A stretch of DNA of 64,000 nt, from the NCBI GenBank assembly GCA_947502835.1, contig CANNBJ010000005.1, forward strand, positions 40,429-104,428. Reading direction: 5' to 3'. This DNA is from Bdellovibrionales bacterium. GTDB taxonomy: Bacteria; Bdellovibrionota; UBA1018; CAIMNF01. A program made the position numbers and the translations under genes. Each line of letters begins with the position of its first letter. Position 1 is the stretch's first letter. The notes under the pieces are model-generated. The model saw nothing but the letters and a program-made list of their open reading frames with translations, searched no databases and was not told the DNA's origin. Below are positions 10,922-21,005 of the stretch, piece after piece.

Positions 10922-11087
10922 AACTCCTCCTTGGGGCCTTGCGCGCTCTGTTCAGGATTTGGGCGCCTGTCTAGAAAATTTACAGGGCTCGGGTCTCAGG
11001 AGAGCGGCGGGAGCCAATATAAATACCATACGCAAGCAGTCAACAATGGCATGAATTGTGCTCAGTGCGGTGCAGGAGATCGTGAAT

Positions 11088-11654
11088 ATGAAGTTTTTTA
11101 AGCCGGTCGTGTTGATGGCGCTTTTGACCTCGATGGTGGGCTGTGGAACCAGCCAGGCCCCGGCGATCAATCTTGGCTCCGGGCAATACCCATACACAAA
11201 CAATCAGTGGAACAATTGGCCGAATGGCACCCAAACCGGTGGTTGGACCTATGGAATCCCGGGCGGTGGAACCAAGCAAATCATCCCTGTGATCTCTTAT
11301 TACGGGTCCGCAAATTCGAGCAGGCAGTTCATGGTTTCTCCTTCAGTGCAGCCACTGGATCAGGTGGAAGTCCAGGCATCAGGCGGTCAAGTGTATGCAC
11401 AAGGGCTTTTCAGTTCGACAAATATGATTTGGGTAACACAATTGAAAGTGAGTCTGAATGGATCGATGCTGGGTGCTTCCACTTACGCGAAGTACAACAT
11501 CACCCAAGCGGGCACTCTTGCGCTTTCTTTCGAAGGAAACGGACTTTCGGGTCTCTTCGGAAACAATGCCCAATATACGGTTCAATTCCCCTACGGTGGC
11601 GTGTGGATCAATCGCTGTCAGGACCAGAGCGGTCAAAGCATCCAGTGTCCGTAA
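11088..11654 (+). CDS. Hypothetical lipoprotein
   Basis: MKFFKPVVLMALLTSMVGC lipobox; Gly/Asn/Gln-rich; C-terminal Cys pair. Confidence 0.7.
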   Translation: MKFFKPVVLMALLTSMVGCGTSQAPAINLGSGQYPYTNNQWNNWPNGTQTGGWTYGIPGGGTKQIIPVISYYGSANSSRQFMVSPSVQPLDQVEVQASGGQVYAQGLFSSTNMIWVTQLKVSLNGSMLGASTYAKYNITQAGTLALSFEGNGLSGLFGNNAQYTVQFPYGGVWINRCQDQSGQSIQCP

Positions 11655-11657
11655 TTC

Positions 11658-12275
11658 TCAAGTCAATCGCGGAGTACTTGAAGTAAAATCGGCACTTTTC
11701 CTTGCCAAAGCCATCACCGCTTCGATGATGGGATGAGTTGCAGGCATCGCAAGTTTCTTCATCCGCAACTCGAGGTATTCCACCGCAACGGCCAGGTCCC
11801 ATCCGGCTTGGGTGAGGTTTCCCTCCAGAATCCAAGTCTCCCTCGGCAACAGGAGAATTCTCTCCTTTGCACGCAAAATCGTGTCGTGATGATCCTGCAT
11901 CCAAAACGGGGAAGGGGCATCGTGCATCGAACTCTCCTGAAAAAATGCAACCGTTCCTTGGATCATTCCCGTGACCAAGGTCGATGCGGATCGGATGTGG
12001 ACCCGAAGGCTTCGGTCTTTGGGCCAAATGGCGCCCGTCAGATCATCAAGGTGTTCGAGGATTGCACTCGAATCAAACAGACCAAATCCCTCTGGAGTCC
12101 GGAGTGCGGGCACCATGCCGAGCGGGTTCAGGGCCAAAAGTTCCGGGTGATCGCCGAAAACATCGATGATCCGCTCCTCGACCGGCAACTGAAGGCGTTT
12201 CAGGGCGAGTCTGACCCGTCTGGCAAAGGGGGAGCGTTGACTCAAAAATAAACGATAAGTGTTGGGGTTGCTCAT
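11658..12275 (-). CDS. Glutathione S-transferase family protein
   Basis: SPFARRVR, NPLGMVPAL, LFDSSAILEHLD. Confidence 0.88.
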   Translation of the reverse strand: MSNPNTYRLFLSQRSPFARRVRLALKRLQLPVEERIIDVFGDHPELLALNPLGMVPALRTPEGFGLFDSSAILEHLDDLTGAIWPKDRSLRVHIRSASTLVTGMIQGTVAFFQESSMHDAPSPFWMQDHHDTILRAKERILLLPRETWILEGNLTQAGWDLAVAVEYLELRMKKLAMPATHPIIEAVMALARKSADFTSSTPRLT

Positions 12276-12303
12276 GGCGAGTTATGCTATCATCGCCCCC
12301 ATC

Positions 12304-13401
12304 ATGCTCAATCCAAAACGCATCCTCGTGACGAAATTCCGGGCCATGGGGGACACGATTCTCCTGACGGCCGCACTGAAGGAGCTGCATCGCAATTTTC
12401 CGAATGCACAGATTCATGTGGCGGTTCCCGACCCTTGGATTTGGCTCCTGGAAGGATTTCCGGGAGTGACCAAGCTCCTTCCGATCACCTGGCACCACGA
12501 TCGAGCTGCGAGAACCAAGGCCGCGACACGGCTCGCGTTCCAGCTTCGCAAGGAATCCTACGATATCGTGTGCGGCTTCCATTCCTCGCCGGCAGCCGCC
12601 ATGGTTGCCCTTTCAACGGGCGCGAAGGTCCGGGCAATCCATTTCCACAGCTTCAAGGCAAAAAACATGTATTCGACGGTGGAGATCCCGGGTAAGGGAA
12701 CCATGAAGCCCGTAGTCCAGCGGGATCTTGATACGATCCGGGGTCTTGGCATTCAGGTGGATGAAACCGTTCTCCCCGAAATCTTTCTGAAGCCCGAGGA
12801 AAAGTCTCTTGCTCGCGAAGAATTCAAGGCTTGGGGCATGAATCGTCCGGTGCTCGGCATGGCGCTTGGCGCGTCCCGTGCCACCAAGATTTGGCCATTG
12901 CATCGCTTTGCAGAGGTTGCCCAGAAGTGGGTGAAGGAAAAGAGCGGCTCGGTTCTTGTGATCGCAGGCCCGGGCGAAGAAAAACTCACTGAGGAATTCT
13001 TCAAATCGATTCCGAACTCAACCGAACTGCGGACAGCAATCCAGGTCATGCCCTCCTGCAATGTGCGCGTTCTTGCCTCGAGAATCTCGCAGTTGAATGC
13101 GCTGGTCGGCAATGACTCGGGTCCGCGCCATTTGGCAACCGCGCTCGGAGTTCCCACGGTGACCTTGTTTGGTCCCGAGCATCCCCTTGAGTGGCATCCG
13201 TATCCGCAAGACCGGCACCCGAGGCTCTTCATCGAGCCGCTTGCCTGCCGAAAAAACGACGAGCCCGGCTCGCCGCCCTGGTGCGGTCTTCAGGAGTGCA
13301 TCGTCGAAGCCCATCAGTGCATGACCCGGATCGGAGTCGATCAGGTGGTCGAAACCGTGAGCCGTGTGTTTGATTCCTATGGAAAAGATCTCGGGATTTA
13401 G
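12304..13401 (+). CDS. Glycosyltransferase family 9 (LPS heptosyltransferase-like)
   Basis: RILVTKFRAMGDTILLT, KIWPLHRF, VGNDSGPRHLATALGVPTVTLFGP. Confidence 0.9.
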   Translation: MLNPKRILVTKFRAMGDTILLTAALKELHRNFPNAQIHVAVPDPWIWLLEGFPGVTKLLPITWHHDRAARTKAATRLAFQLRKESYDIVCGFHSSPAAAMVALSTGAKVRAIHFHSFKAKNMYSTVEIPGKGTMKPVVQRDLDTIRGLGIQVDETVLPEIFLKPEEKSLAREEFKAWGMNRPVLGMALGASRATKIWPLHRFAEVAQKWVKEKSGSVLVIAGPGEEKLTEEFFKSIPNSTELRTAIQVMPSCNVRVLASRISQLNALVGNDSGPRHLATALGVPTVTLFGPEHPLEWHPYPQDRHPRLFIEPLACRKNDEPGSPPWCGLQECIVEAHQCMTRIGVDQVVETVSRVFDSYGKDLGI

Positions 13402-14317
13402 CCTCGTTCGAAACGGGGTGAAGTTCGATTACCCCTTTTTGGAGTCTCTTCGTTCGCTGCTTCCCCTGGTGGATGAGCTTGTGCTCAATGTCGGGGTCGG
13501 GGAGGACGATACCCTTTTGCGATGTCAGGAGCTGGCGCGCACCGAGGGGCAGGGCAAGATCAAGATTTTCGAGAGCGTCTGGCCGCTCAATGATCCTGAA
13601 AAGAAAAAAGCCGGCATTATTCTATCAGAACAAACCAATCTTGCCCTGGATCAGTGCGAGAATGATTGGTGCTTTTATCTTCAAGCGGACGAAGTGCTGC
13701 ATGAAGAGGATCAGTCCGTGATTCGACGTTCGGTGGATCTTGCGCACGCACTCGGACTGGAAGCCGTGGTCTTCCACTATCGCCATTTTTACGGGTCCTT
13801 CAATGTGATCCAGGATTCACGCTCGGCCTACCGGCGCGAAATGCGCATCCTGCGGAAATCATCGGGCGCCCGGAGTGTCGGCGATGCCCAGAGTTTTCGC
13901 AAACCCGAGAGCACTCCTGGAGGCGACACCAAACTTCAAGCGCTGCTTTCGCCGGCACGAATCTTTCATTATGGATGGGTGCGCACGCCCGAGGCGATGC
14001 TTGAGAAAACCCTTTTCATGGATGGCCTCTATCACGGGGGTGTCGACTCCGCCCCCGGAAAGGGAGCAACCAAGCCCCATACCGGCGACAATTATCGCTA
14101 CAAGCGATTTTGGGGATTGTACCCGTATTCAGAAACACATCCGAAGGTAATGGCCACCCGGATCCGTGAAAAGGGCTGGAACTGGGACCTGCGCGCATCA
14201 CCCTTTGTGTTTACCGCAAAAGACATCGGCAAGGTCCTGCTGGATGGAGTTGAGCGTGTGACCGGGATTCGTCCCTTTGAATTCAAGAATTATCGAATCA
14301 AAGAGAGATTGGATTAG
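13379..14317 (+). CDS. GT-A fold (GT2-like) glycosyltransferase
   Basis: ISGFSLVRNGVKFDYPFLES, WCFYLQADEVLHE, HFYGS, IFHYGWVR. Confidence 0.8.
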   Translation: MEKISGFSLVRNGVKFDYPFLESLRSLLPLVDELVLNVGVGEDDTLLRCQELARTEGQGKIKIFESVWPLNDPEKKKAGIILSEQTNLALDQCENDWCFYLQADEVLHEEDQSVIRRSVDLAHALGLEAVVFHYRHFYGSFNVIQDSRSAYRREMRILRKSSGARSVGDAQSFRKPESTPGGDTKLQALLSPARIFHYGWVRTPEAMLEKTLFMDGLYHGGVDSAPGKGATKPHTGDNYRYKRFWGLYPYSETHPKVMATRIREKGWNWDLRASPFVFTAKDIGKVLLDGVERVTGIRPFEFKNYRIKERLD

Positions 14318-14349
14318 GGCGGGAATCTGTCTATGATCCCAACAGAACC

Positions 14350-15090
14350 ATGATCGCATCCGGAAACCGCCCCTTCAGAATCCTGCTCCTCGACAACACC
14401 CGCGAGCCTTCCTCGTTTGGAAGTCCCAACCTTTTCCGGCTTGCTCTGAGCACCGCACCTGCGGGCGCGGAGATTCTGGTCCGCAGGGGGCCGGACCTTG
14501 ATTTCCTGACTTGCCCGGATCCGGATGCCCTGATCGTATCGGGTTCGATCACTTCGTGCTTGCCTCCCTATGAGGAGTGGGTTCTTGCGCAGGATGAATT
14601 TCTGAAACGGCACATGGAGAGGCGCACACCCGTTCTTGGAGTGTGTTTCGGGCATCAGGCGCTTGCGCGGTGCCTGTTTTCGAAGGAGGGCAAGTCTCCC
14701 GCCCTTGCAAAATCCAAGAGGGCCGAGGTCGGGTGGCAGACGATGAGGATTCTCGGCGAATCACCGATCTTTTCGGGACTCGGCAGGGAATTTGTGAGTT
14801 ATCAATCGCACTACGAGGAGGTAACAACTCTACCTCCGGGAACCGTTCATCTGGCGGAGTCGGATCGGTGTTCCCTCCAGGCGTTTCAGGTGAAGGGCGC
14901 GCCCGTGTTCGGAATCCAGTTCCATCCCGAGCACACGCTCGAATACGGCGAGGCCGCCCTCAAGCGAAAGATCGAGAAGGGCGAACGGGGAGATTGGATC
15001 CTGAATCCGGGTCTCGGCGCCAAACTATATCAAGAACAAACGGGAAAACTCATCTTTGGAAACTTTTTCAAAATCGCACAACAGCGCTGA
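14350..15090 (+). CDS. Type 1 glutamine amidotransferase
   Basis: GVCFGHQ nucleophile elbow; GIQFHPE. Confidence 0.88.
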   Translation: MIASGNRPFRILLLDNTREPSSFGSPNLFRLALSTAPAGAEILVRRGPDLDFLTCPDPDALIVSGSITSCLPPYEEWVLAQDEFLKRHMERRTPVLGVCFGHQALARCLFSKEGKSPALAKSKRAEVGWQTMRILGESPIFSGLGREFVSYQSHYEEVTTLPPGTVHLAESDRCSLQAFQVKGAPVFGIQFHPEHTLEYGEAALKRKIEKGERGDWILNPGLGAKLYQEQTGKLIFGNFFKIAQQR

Positions 15091-16099
15091 ATCCGAAACC
15101 ACAGCATCGACGGCGAATCCGCCGGCCGTCAGCCCGAAAGAGCGTGTGAAGCTTTTTTTGAAATTCGCACTCGTGGCGGCCGTGTTTTTTTACCTGGGTC
15201 AGCGTGGATTCATTACAGCCGAGAGCTTTCGCAAGCTCGCCGCTTCTCCGAAGACCTGGATCTTGTGCACTCTCCTTACGGTACTCAACACGGTGCTGGG
15301 AGCCCTTCGATGGCAGGTGTTGCTCCGGACGCAGGAAGTGGTGCTTTCGTTTCGCGAAGTTCTGCGGCTGAATCTGGTAGGTGCGTTTTTCAACATTGCC
15401 CTTCCGGGCGCTGTGAGCGGGGATTTCGTGAAAGCGGTGATCGTGACCCGGAAGTTCAGGGACAAGCGAGCGCTCATTTTCGGAAGCATGATTTTCGACC
15501 GCATTCTTGGTGTTTCAGCTATGGTGTTTGTGGGCGCGTTCTCGGCCCTCCTTTCGGTGCTCGTACCCTGGGGGGGAGCGTTGCCGCAGGTTCTTCTTTT
15601 CTCCATCGGTGCTGTGGGTGCGGGTGCCGCATTCTTCTTTGTGTACCTGTTTTTGTCCCGCAAACGGGATCCGCTTCTTGCACTCCTGCGGATCTTCACC
15701 CGACGTTCCGAGAAACTTGGATCGCTTGAGCGTCTTTATCAAGGCGTGATGGGGTATCGTGTTCATCCGAAGCGAATCCTGAAAGCGATCGCTCTCTCGA
15801 TTGCAATCCATCTTTTTCTCATCCTGCTTTCCTTTTTCATCACCGAGGCGATTTCAAGCGAGTCTCTCTCGGTATTTGCGGTTGCCGTGGTGGTGCCGAT
15901 CGGAATGCTTGCGACCACCATTCCCGTGCTGCCGGCGGGTGTGGGAACAGGGCATGCTGCATTTCTTGGACTGTTTCATCTGGTGGGGTCCTCTCAGGGC
16001 GCTGAGGTGTTCAGCATGATCGTCCTGTATCAGGTGCTGCTCGGGGTGGTCGGCGGGATTGTGTATCTGAGAATGCTTGCGCAGGGACACTCGCGCTGA
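15056..16099 (+). CDS. Lysylphosphatidylglycerol synthase TM-domain / flippase-like membrane protein (UPF0104)
   Basis: ALRWQVLL, GAFFNIALPGAVSGDFVK, DRILG, PVLPAGVG. Confidence 0.85.
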   Translation: METFSKSHNSAESETTASTANPPAVSPKERVKLFLKFALVAAVFFYLGQRGFITAESFRKLAASPKTWILCTLLTVLNTVLGALRWQVLLRTQEVVLSFREVLRLNLVGAFFNIALPGAVSGDFVKAVIVTRKFRDKRALIFGSMIFDRILGVSAMVFVGAFSALLSVLVPWGGALPQVLLFSIGAVGAGAAFFFVYLFLSRKRDPLLALLRIFTRRSEKLGSLERLYQGVMGYRVHPKRILKAIALSIAIHLFLILLSFFITEAISSESLSVFAVAVVVPIGMLATTIPVLPAGVGTGHAAFLGLFHLVGSSQGAEVFSMIVLYQVLLGVVGGIVYLRMLAQGHSR

Positions 16100-16128
16100 G
16101 GGCAGTGAGTGGAACTTGGGCCTGAAAC

Positions 16129-17238
16129 TTGCGTTCACATGTGTTCGTGCACGCATTGAAACCCTTCCAGCAAGAGGCGCTCGATTCCCTACTTCGCTTC
16201 GATCACACGCTCTTGATCGCACCGACCGGGAGCGGAAAGAGTCTTGTGTTTCAACAATTCATGGCAAAGGAGCGGCCAAAAACAAGGGCTGTTTTCATCT
16301 CTCCCCTGAACGCGCTTGCCCGCCAACAGGCAGAGAGGTTCCGGGCGTTCGGAGTTTCGGCGAGTGTGGGGTGCGGTCTCGGGGGCTTGGGTCCGCCTTC
16401 CGGTCCCGGGGTCTGGATCCTGAACCCCGAGCGGCTTTCCGGACGGTTCCTTTCGGTTCTGCGCGAGTGGGGTCCGGACCTGTTGATCGTAGATGAAGCC
16501 CACTGCATCTGGGAATGGGGAGAGTCGTTCCGTCCAGCGTTTCGAAGGGTTCCGGAACTGCTGGCAGGAGGTTCCATTCGAAAATCCTTCTGGTGCACGG
16601 CCACCTTGCCCGGACCGGCGCTGCGAGAACTCCGCGAGAGGCTCGGGCCTGCGCTTCGAGCGCTTGGTTCCTTCGGGCTCCCTGGAACTCTGCAGCTCAG
16701 CGTGGTCCGTTCGCCCTTGTTTGAACGACTCGATCTTTTGCAGCGGCTCCTTGCCGAACATGCGAACGAATCGGGGATGATTTTTGTCAACACGCGGGCC
16801 TCGGCCGAACGGGTGCAGCGGATCCTGCGCTTTTTTGGCGTACACTCGCTTTTTTATCATGCGGGAATGAGCGTGGAGGAGCGCCTAGGACTTGAGAGCA
16901 TTCTGTCGCGGAAAAAACCCGATGACCCTCCCCTCTGGATCGTGGCCACGTCGGCCTTCGGGATGGGGATGGATTATGCCTGGCTCAGGGTGTGCATCCT
17001 GTTTGAGCCATCCTTGAGCTTGCTTTCGCTTGCCCAGGCTTTGGGCAGGGTTGGGCGCGGCGGACTTTCCTCCCGGGCCCATGTGCTGTGGCACGAGGAT
17101 GATTTTTTGCGACAAGGGTGGTTTGCCGGAAGCTGTCCTCGAAATCGAAGCCGTTTACTTGAGGTGAAGCAATGGCTTGAATCCCCGGGAGATCCCCGCT
17201 TCCGGCTCGAAAAATACTTCAAGGAAGGGTATGACTAG
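16129..17238 (+). CDS. Short RecQ-like DEAH-box helicase
   Basis: APTGSGKSL, SPLNAL, NPERL, VDEAHCIWEWGESFRPAF, TAT, YHAGM, ATSAFGMGMD, GRVGR. Confidence 0.82.
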   Translation: MRSHVFVHALKPFQQEALDSLLRFDHTLLIAPTGSGKSLVFQQFMAKERPKTRAVFISPLNALARQQAERFRAFGVSASVGCGLGGLGPPSGPGVWILNPERLSGRFLSVLREWGPDLLIVDEAHCIWEWGESFRPAFRRVPELLAGGSIRKSFWCTATLPGPALRELRERLGPALRALGSFGLPGTLQLSVVRSPLFERLDLLQRLLAEHANESGMIFVNTRASAERVQRILRFFGVHSLFYHAGMSVEERLGLESILSRKKPDDPPLWIVATSAFGMGMDYAWLRVCILFEPSLSLLSLAQALGRVGRGGLSSRAHVLWHEDDFLRQGWFAGSCPRNRSRLLEVKQWLESPGDPRFRLEKYFKEGYD

Positions 17239-17244
17239 GGCTTC

Positions 17245-18201
17245 ATGAGCATTCCGAGTGATCCGAAACTTCTATTGAACGAAGCCCGAGCCGGCAACCG
17301 CGCGGCCCTTGCGCGTCTCATTTCCCGGATCGAAACCCGGAACGAGGATACCAAACGGATCATCGAGCTGCTGTATCCTCTCACGGGCAGGGCTCAGGTT
17401 TGGGGAATCACGGGTCCCCCGGGGGCAGGGAAGTCCACCCTGGTTGACCGCCTCATTGCAAAACTCCGGAGTGAGGGAAAAAAGGTCGCGGTCATCGCCG
17501 TGGATCCTTCAAGTCCGTTTTCGGGGGGCGCCATCCTGGGCGATCGGATCCGGATGCAACAGCACTTCCAGGATGAGGGTGTGTACATCCGGAGTCTTGG
17601 CACTCGCGGACGGCACGGAGGTCTTTCGCACTCGACGAAAGAGGCGGTGCTTGCGCTCGATGCAACGGGGTTTGATGTGGTGCTCGTCGAGACCGCAGGT
17701 GTGGGGCAAACCGAACTTGATATCTTGAAACTCGCCCAGACCGTCATTGTGGTGCTCGTGCCCGAGAGCGGAGACTCGATCCAGGTGATGAAGGCCGGTC
17801 TCATGGAGATCTCGGATGTTTTCGCAGTGAACAAATCCGATCGTCCCGAGGCGGACAAACTTGTTCGCGAGCTTGTGGCCAACGTCGGACTCAATCCCCA
17901 TGACGAGCACTCCTGGATGATCCCCGTGTGCAAGACCGAGGCAAACCGGGATGTCGGGGTCGCGGAACTTTTGGAGCAGATCGCAAAGCACCAGGCCTAT
18001 CTCGAAACCTCAGGCAAGAAGGCAGAGAAAACCAAAGCGTTCCTGCGAGAAGAGCTCGTGGACATCCTGATCGAGGGGCTCAAGTCCTCGCTTGATTCCG
18101 TGCTCGCCACCGATGGAGGCCGAGAGCTTCTTGATCAACTCTATCGAAAAGAGATCGCGCCCTATGAAGCGGCGAAGATTCTTTCAGGGAGAGCGGGGTA
18201 G
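17245..18201 (+). CDS. meaB: Methylmalonyl-CoA mutase-associated GTPase MeaB/ArgK
   Basis: GITGPPGAGKST, AVDPSSPFSGGAILGDRIRM, ETAGVGQ, NKSD. Confidence 0.93.
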   Translation: MSIPSDPKLLLNEARAGNRAALARLISRIETRNEDTKRIIELLYPLTGRAQVWGITGPPGAGKSTLVDRLIAKLRSEGKKVAVIAVDPSSPFSGGAILGDRIRMQQHFQDEGVYIRSLGTRGRHGGLSHSTKEAVLALDATGFDVVLVETAGVGQTELDILKLAQTVIVVLVPESGDSIQVMKAGLMEISDVFAVNKSDRPEADKLVRELVANVGLNPHDEHSWMIPVCKTEANRDVGVAELLEQIAKHQAYLETSGKKAEKTKAFLREELVDILIEGLKSSLDSVLATDGGRELLDQLYRKEIAPYEAAKILSGRAG

Positions 18202-18255
18202 GCTTCCACTGGAATTTCCTCTGGTCCTCCTGCACCCGGGGTGTTCGGAACCTCT

Positions 18256-20199
18256 TTACTGAAATTGGTATGGACCACCGTACTCCGTGTGTTCGCTGCA
18301 CTGGATTCTCAGGTACACGGTCTCAATGATATTGGAGTTGGATCGAGAGAGCTGGAAGGAGGCTTCGCCATTCGGAGGGATCGTGAAATCCGCCCCATAC
18401 TCATGAGATAGAGAAATGGACTCCGGAGAGTTGAAGCAACCTTGCAACGAGCAGGATTCCCAAATCGAGGCATTGCATCCGGTTGCTCCGGTGTTTCCGA
18501 GATTCTTCACGATCACGGTTCTTGAGAGCGAAACATACGTGGTCAAGAGGGGTGGATCAAACGTAAAATTCACAAATGCCCCCGGAGCCACAGTGAAGGC
18601 TTGGGTGGCGACCCAGTTTGAATTTTGACAATTCGCTTTGAGTTTGAATTTTCGAAGAATGGTACTCCACGAGATGGAAACGGTACGCGTGACAGTGGTT
18701 CCAACGGGGAGATTGAAGGATTGCCCGGAGGTTGTGATTCCAAGTGTTGAGGGGTAGGGAGTTTCGTTGGCATTGTCCTCGACTAGATAGGACGAACAGT
18801 TGATTCCTTCAGTTGTGCCGTTGTTTTTCAGTGTCACCTCGACCGTTTGCGGACTGTGCGCCTGAAGAAAGGCCTCCACACTGAAATCGCTGTAATTTGA
18901 AGGGGCCACGCTGAGGATTTCTAGATACGGGGACGGCGTGCCCGGCGGAATGGTAAAAATTCCTGAATATGCAGTGATGTTGGCACATGATGCTTTGACC
19001 TTGAATTTCCGTTGGACCGGGCTCCACCCCACGCCAACGGAAACACCGGATGATTGCCCGGCGTTGAGGGTGGGAATCTGGGGGGCTACCACGACAATTC
19101 CCGAGGGGGCGGGAGTGGCATTGTTTTGGTCAACGAGACTGAAGGAGCAAGCGATTGCAGGAATCGAGGAGATGTTGGAGATAAAGCCGCTGAGGGTCTG
19201 GCCTTGAGCTGCCGTGATCGGATCGGGCGAGGAATCGGGAAAGGAAAAAGAAAGATCGGGCGTGCCTAGGCCTGCCTGAATGGTAAAGACGTCAGAGAGG
19301 AAATCCGAATTGGAAGAGCTGCAGAGAACCCTGATTCTTGCTTGCCGAATGCTTTGGGACCAGTTTGCCAGAATGCCGAGGGTCCGCGTACCCGTGAGGG
19401 CGTTCAGGGAGAAGTTTCCACCACCTGAAAGGGAGAGGCCGGAGTTTGCGAGAAGATTCGGATCGGATGGATTTACAAGCTGGGCCGAGCAACCGCTTGC
19501 CGGTGCGCTTCCGGAGTTTTTCAGGATTACCGAGTGTTGATTTGTGGAGATCTCCTCCGCTGTCATCGCGGGAATCGAGTAAGCTGTTGAAGAATCAAGC
19601 GACAGAATCGGATTCACGGGAGGGGCTGAGGCGCCGAAAGTTGCGGAAATGGTTCCTCCGGCCAGGTTCACGGATTGAGCGCATTCGACCTTCAATGTGC
19701 CGGTTTTGAGTCCGCCGTTTTGCTGAAAGTTCACATTCACCACCACAGGAATGATCGCAAGGGGAGCAATGATCGCGGGCTGATTCGAAGCGAGACTGAA
19801 ACTCGGTGCACCGGATTCCAAGGAGGCCACGCATCCGGTCGCGGCTTGGGTTCCGATATTTTTCACGTAGAAGGTGCGAGTGGTGGCGGAGGTGATCGTT
19901 CCTGCGTCGATGGCGCTCGTCAGGAACTGAAGCGAAGCAGGAGTGTTCTGCACGACGGTTGAGGTGCTTGGGCTGAAAAAACAGGTTTTCGCTTCAGTTC
20001 CGATCAGGATGACCTGGTTGGTGCAGTCGCTTGCGCCGGTGGAGTTCGCACACTCGCCAAAGGTTCCGAAAAAGGCGAGGTTTCCTGAAGAGGCGCTTGC
20101 GCAGGAGGCGGACTGGGTTTTTGAGGATTTCGGAATGCAGGATCCGGACGCGAGCGCGCACGCTATGACCAGAACGGCTCTTTTCAAGGCGATTCCCAT
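18256..20199 (-). CDS. Cys-rich surface lipoprotein with five tandem Ig-like (ASH/CARDB-like) repeats
   Basis: Lipoprotein-like signal (ALASGSC); five units with xxKNxGxxxAxGC; the central units end in WS..RxxxxxxxC. Start 20199 or 20223. Confidence 0.7.
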   Translation of the reverse strand: MGIALKRAVLVIACALASGSCIPKSSKTQSASCASASSGNLAFFGTFGECANSTGASDCTNQVILIGTEAKTCFFSPSTSTVVQNTPASLQFLTSAIDAGTITSATTRTFYVKNIGTQAATGCVASLESGAPSFSLASNQPAIIAPLAIIPVVVNVNFQQNGGLKTGTLKVECAQSVNLAGGTISATFGASAPPVNPILSLDSSTAYSIPAMTAEEISTNQHSVILKNSGSAPASGCSAQLVNPSDPNLLANSGLSLSGGGNFSLNALTGTRTLGILANWSQSIRQARIRVLCSSSNSDFLSDVFTIQAGLGTPDLSFSFPDSSPDPITAAQGQTLSGFISNISSIPAIACSFSLVDQNNATPAPSGIVVVAPQIPTLNAGQSSGVSVGVGWSPVQRKFKVKASCANITAYSGIFTIPPGTPSPYLEILSVAPSNYSDFSVEAFLQAHSPQTVEVTLKNNGTTEGINCSSYLVEDNANETPYPSTLGITTSGQSFNLPVGTTVTRTVSISWSTILRKFKLKANCQNSNWVATQAFTVAPGAFVNFTFDPPLLTTYVSLSRTVIVKNLGNTGATGCNASIWESCSLQGCFNSPESISLSHEYGADFTIPPNGEASFQLSRSNSNIIETVYLRIQCSEHTEYGGPYQFQ

Positions 20200-20459
20200 G
20201 AGTTCTCGATCCCCCAGATTCAATGGTAAGGCTGTCCGGTTGGGGATGCCACCCCTATTTTTATATCAATTTAGTTTACAAAAGCCGACAAAGAACGACT
20301 CTGGCCCGGGTTCCAAAGGCTTGTCATTCCGGTTTTCCATTGACAAAAAAAGCCCCTGAGTTACAAGATACCTCGTTATTGAGAGTCTGAAGGGTTTCGC
20401 TCGGTCGGTTTTCGTCAGAAAACAGGCTCTGCTCTACTCAGATCGAAATAGGGATCTAA

Positions 20460-20535
20460 GCTGGATTAGCTCAGTTGGTAGAGCAGCTGTTTTGTAAACA
20501 GCAGGTCATCGGTTCGAGTCCGGTCTCCAGCTCCA
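20460..20535 (+). tRNA. tRNA-Thr(TGT)
   Basis: Cloverleaf, anticodon arm GCTGT-TT-TGT-AA-ACAGC, TTCGA T-loop, encoded CCA. Confidence 0.97.
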
Positions 20536-20561
20536 TTTCCTCATTTCACAGGCTCAAAGAT

Positions 20562-20647
20562 GGTGAGGTTCCGGAGCGGTCAAACGGACCAGACTGTAAA
20601 TCTGGCGGCGTCAGCCTTCGAAGGTTCGAGTCCTTCCCTCACCACCA
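20562..20647 (+). tRNA. tRNA-Tyr(GTA)
   Basis: CCAGA-CT-GTA-AA-TCTGG, long variable arm, CCA. Confidence 0.97.
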
Positions 20648-20696
20648 TTCCATGAAACGGATTGAACGTGCGTGGAAGGGGCATTTGAAATTTTGG

Positions 20697-20773
20697 GCGG
20701 GAGTAGCTCAATTGGCTAGAGTATCAGCCTTCCAAGCTGAGGGTTGCGGGTTCGAGACCCGTCTCCCGCTCCA
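20697..20773 (+). tRNA. tRNA-Gly(TCC)
   Basis: TCAGC-CT-TCC-AA-GCTGA, CCA. Confidence 0.97.
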
Positions 20774-20813
20774 ATTTTCAAATTCTCCATTCAATAAGAC
20801 CAATCAGATCGAT

Positions 20814-20888
20814 GCTGATGTAGCTCAGGGGTAGAGTACTCCCTTGGTAAGGGAGAGGTCGTGGGTTCAAATCCCATCATCAGCTCCA
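20814..20888 (+). tRNA. tRNA-Thr(GGT)
   Basis: CTCCC-TT-GGT-AA-GGGAG, CCA; canonical Thr-Tyr-Gly-Thr-tuf order. Confidence 0.97.
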
Positions 20889-21005
20889 CTGATTTCTCGG
20901 GCCAGGTCAAAAAAAAACTGGAATATTTCTGGTTTTTCTTGGTATGACCTAGCAAATCACCAGAAAATCAGTGAATTATTTCTTGAATCGGAAAGGGAAG
21001 ACGAC

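Noticed and set aside
20266..20291. sigma28-like motif pointing at the tRNA operon
   Set aside because: Spacing is off relative to the other sites, and a TTGACA box at 20340 is a more ordinary candidate.
20475..20834. 119-aa ORF and the N-terminal extension of tuf from 20844
   Set aside because: Both overlap the tRNA genes; the real tuf start is 21006.
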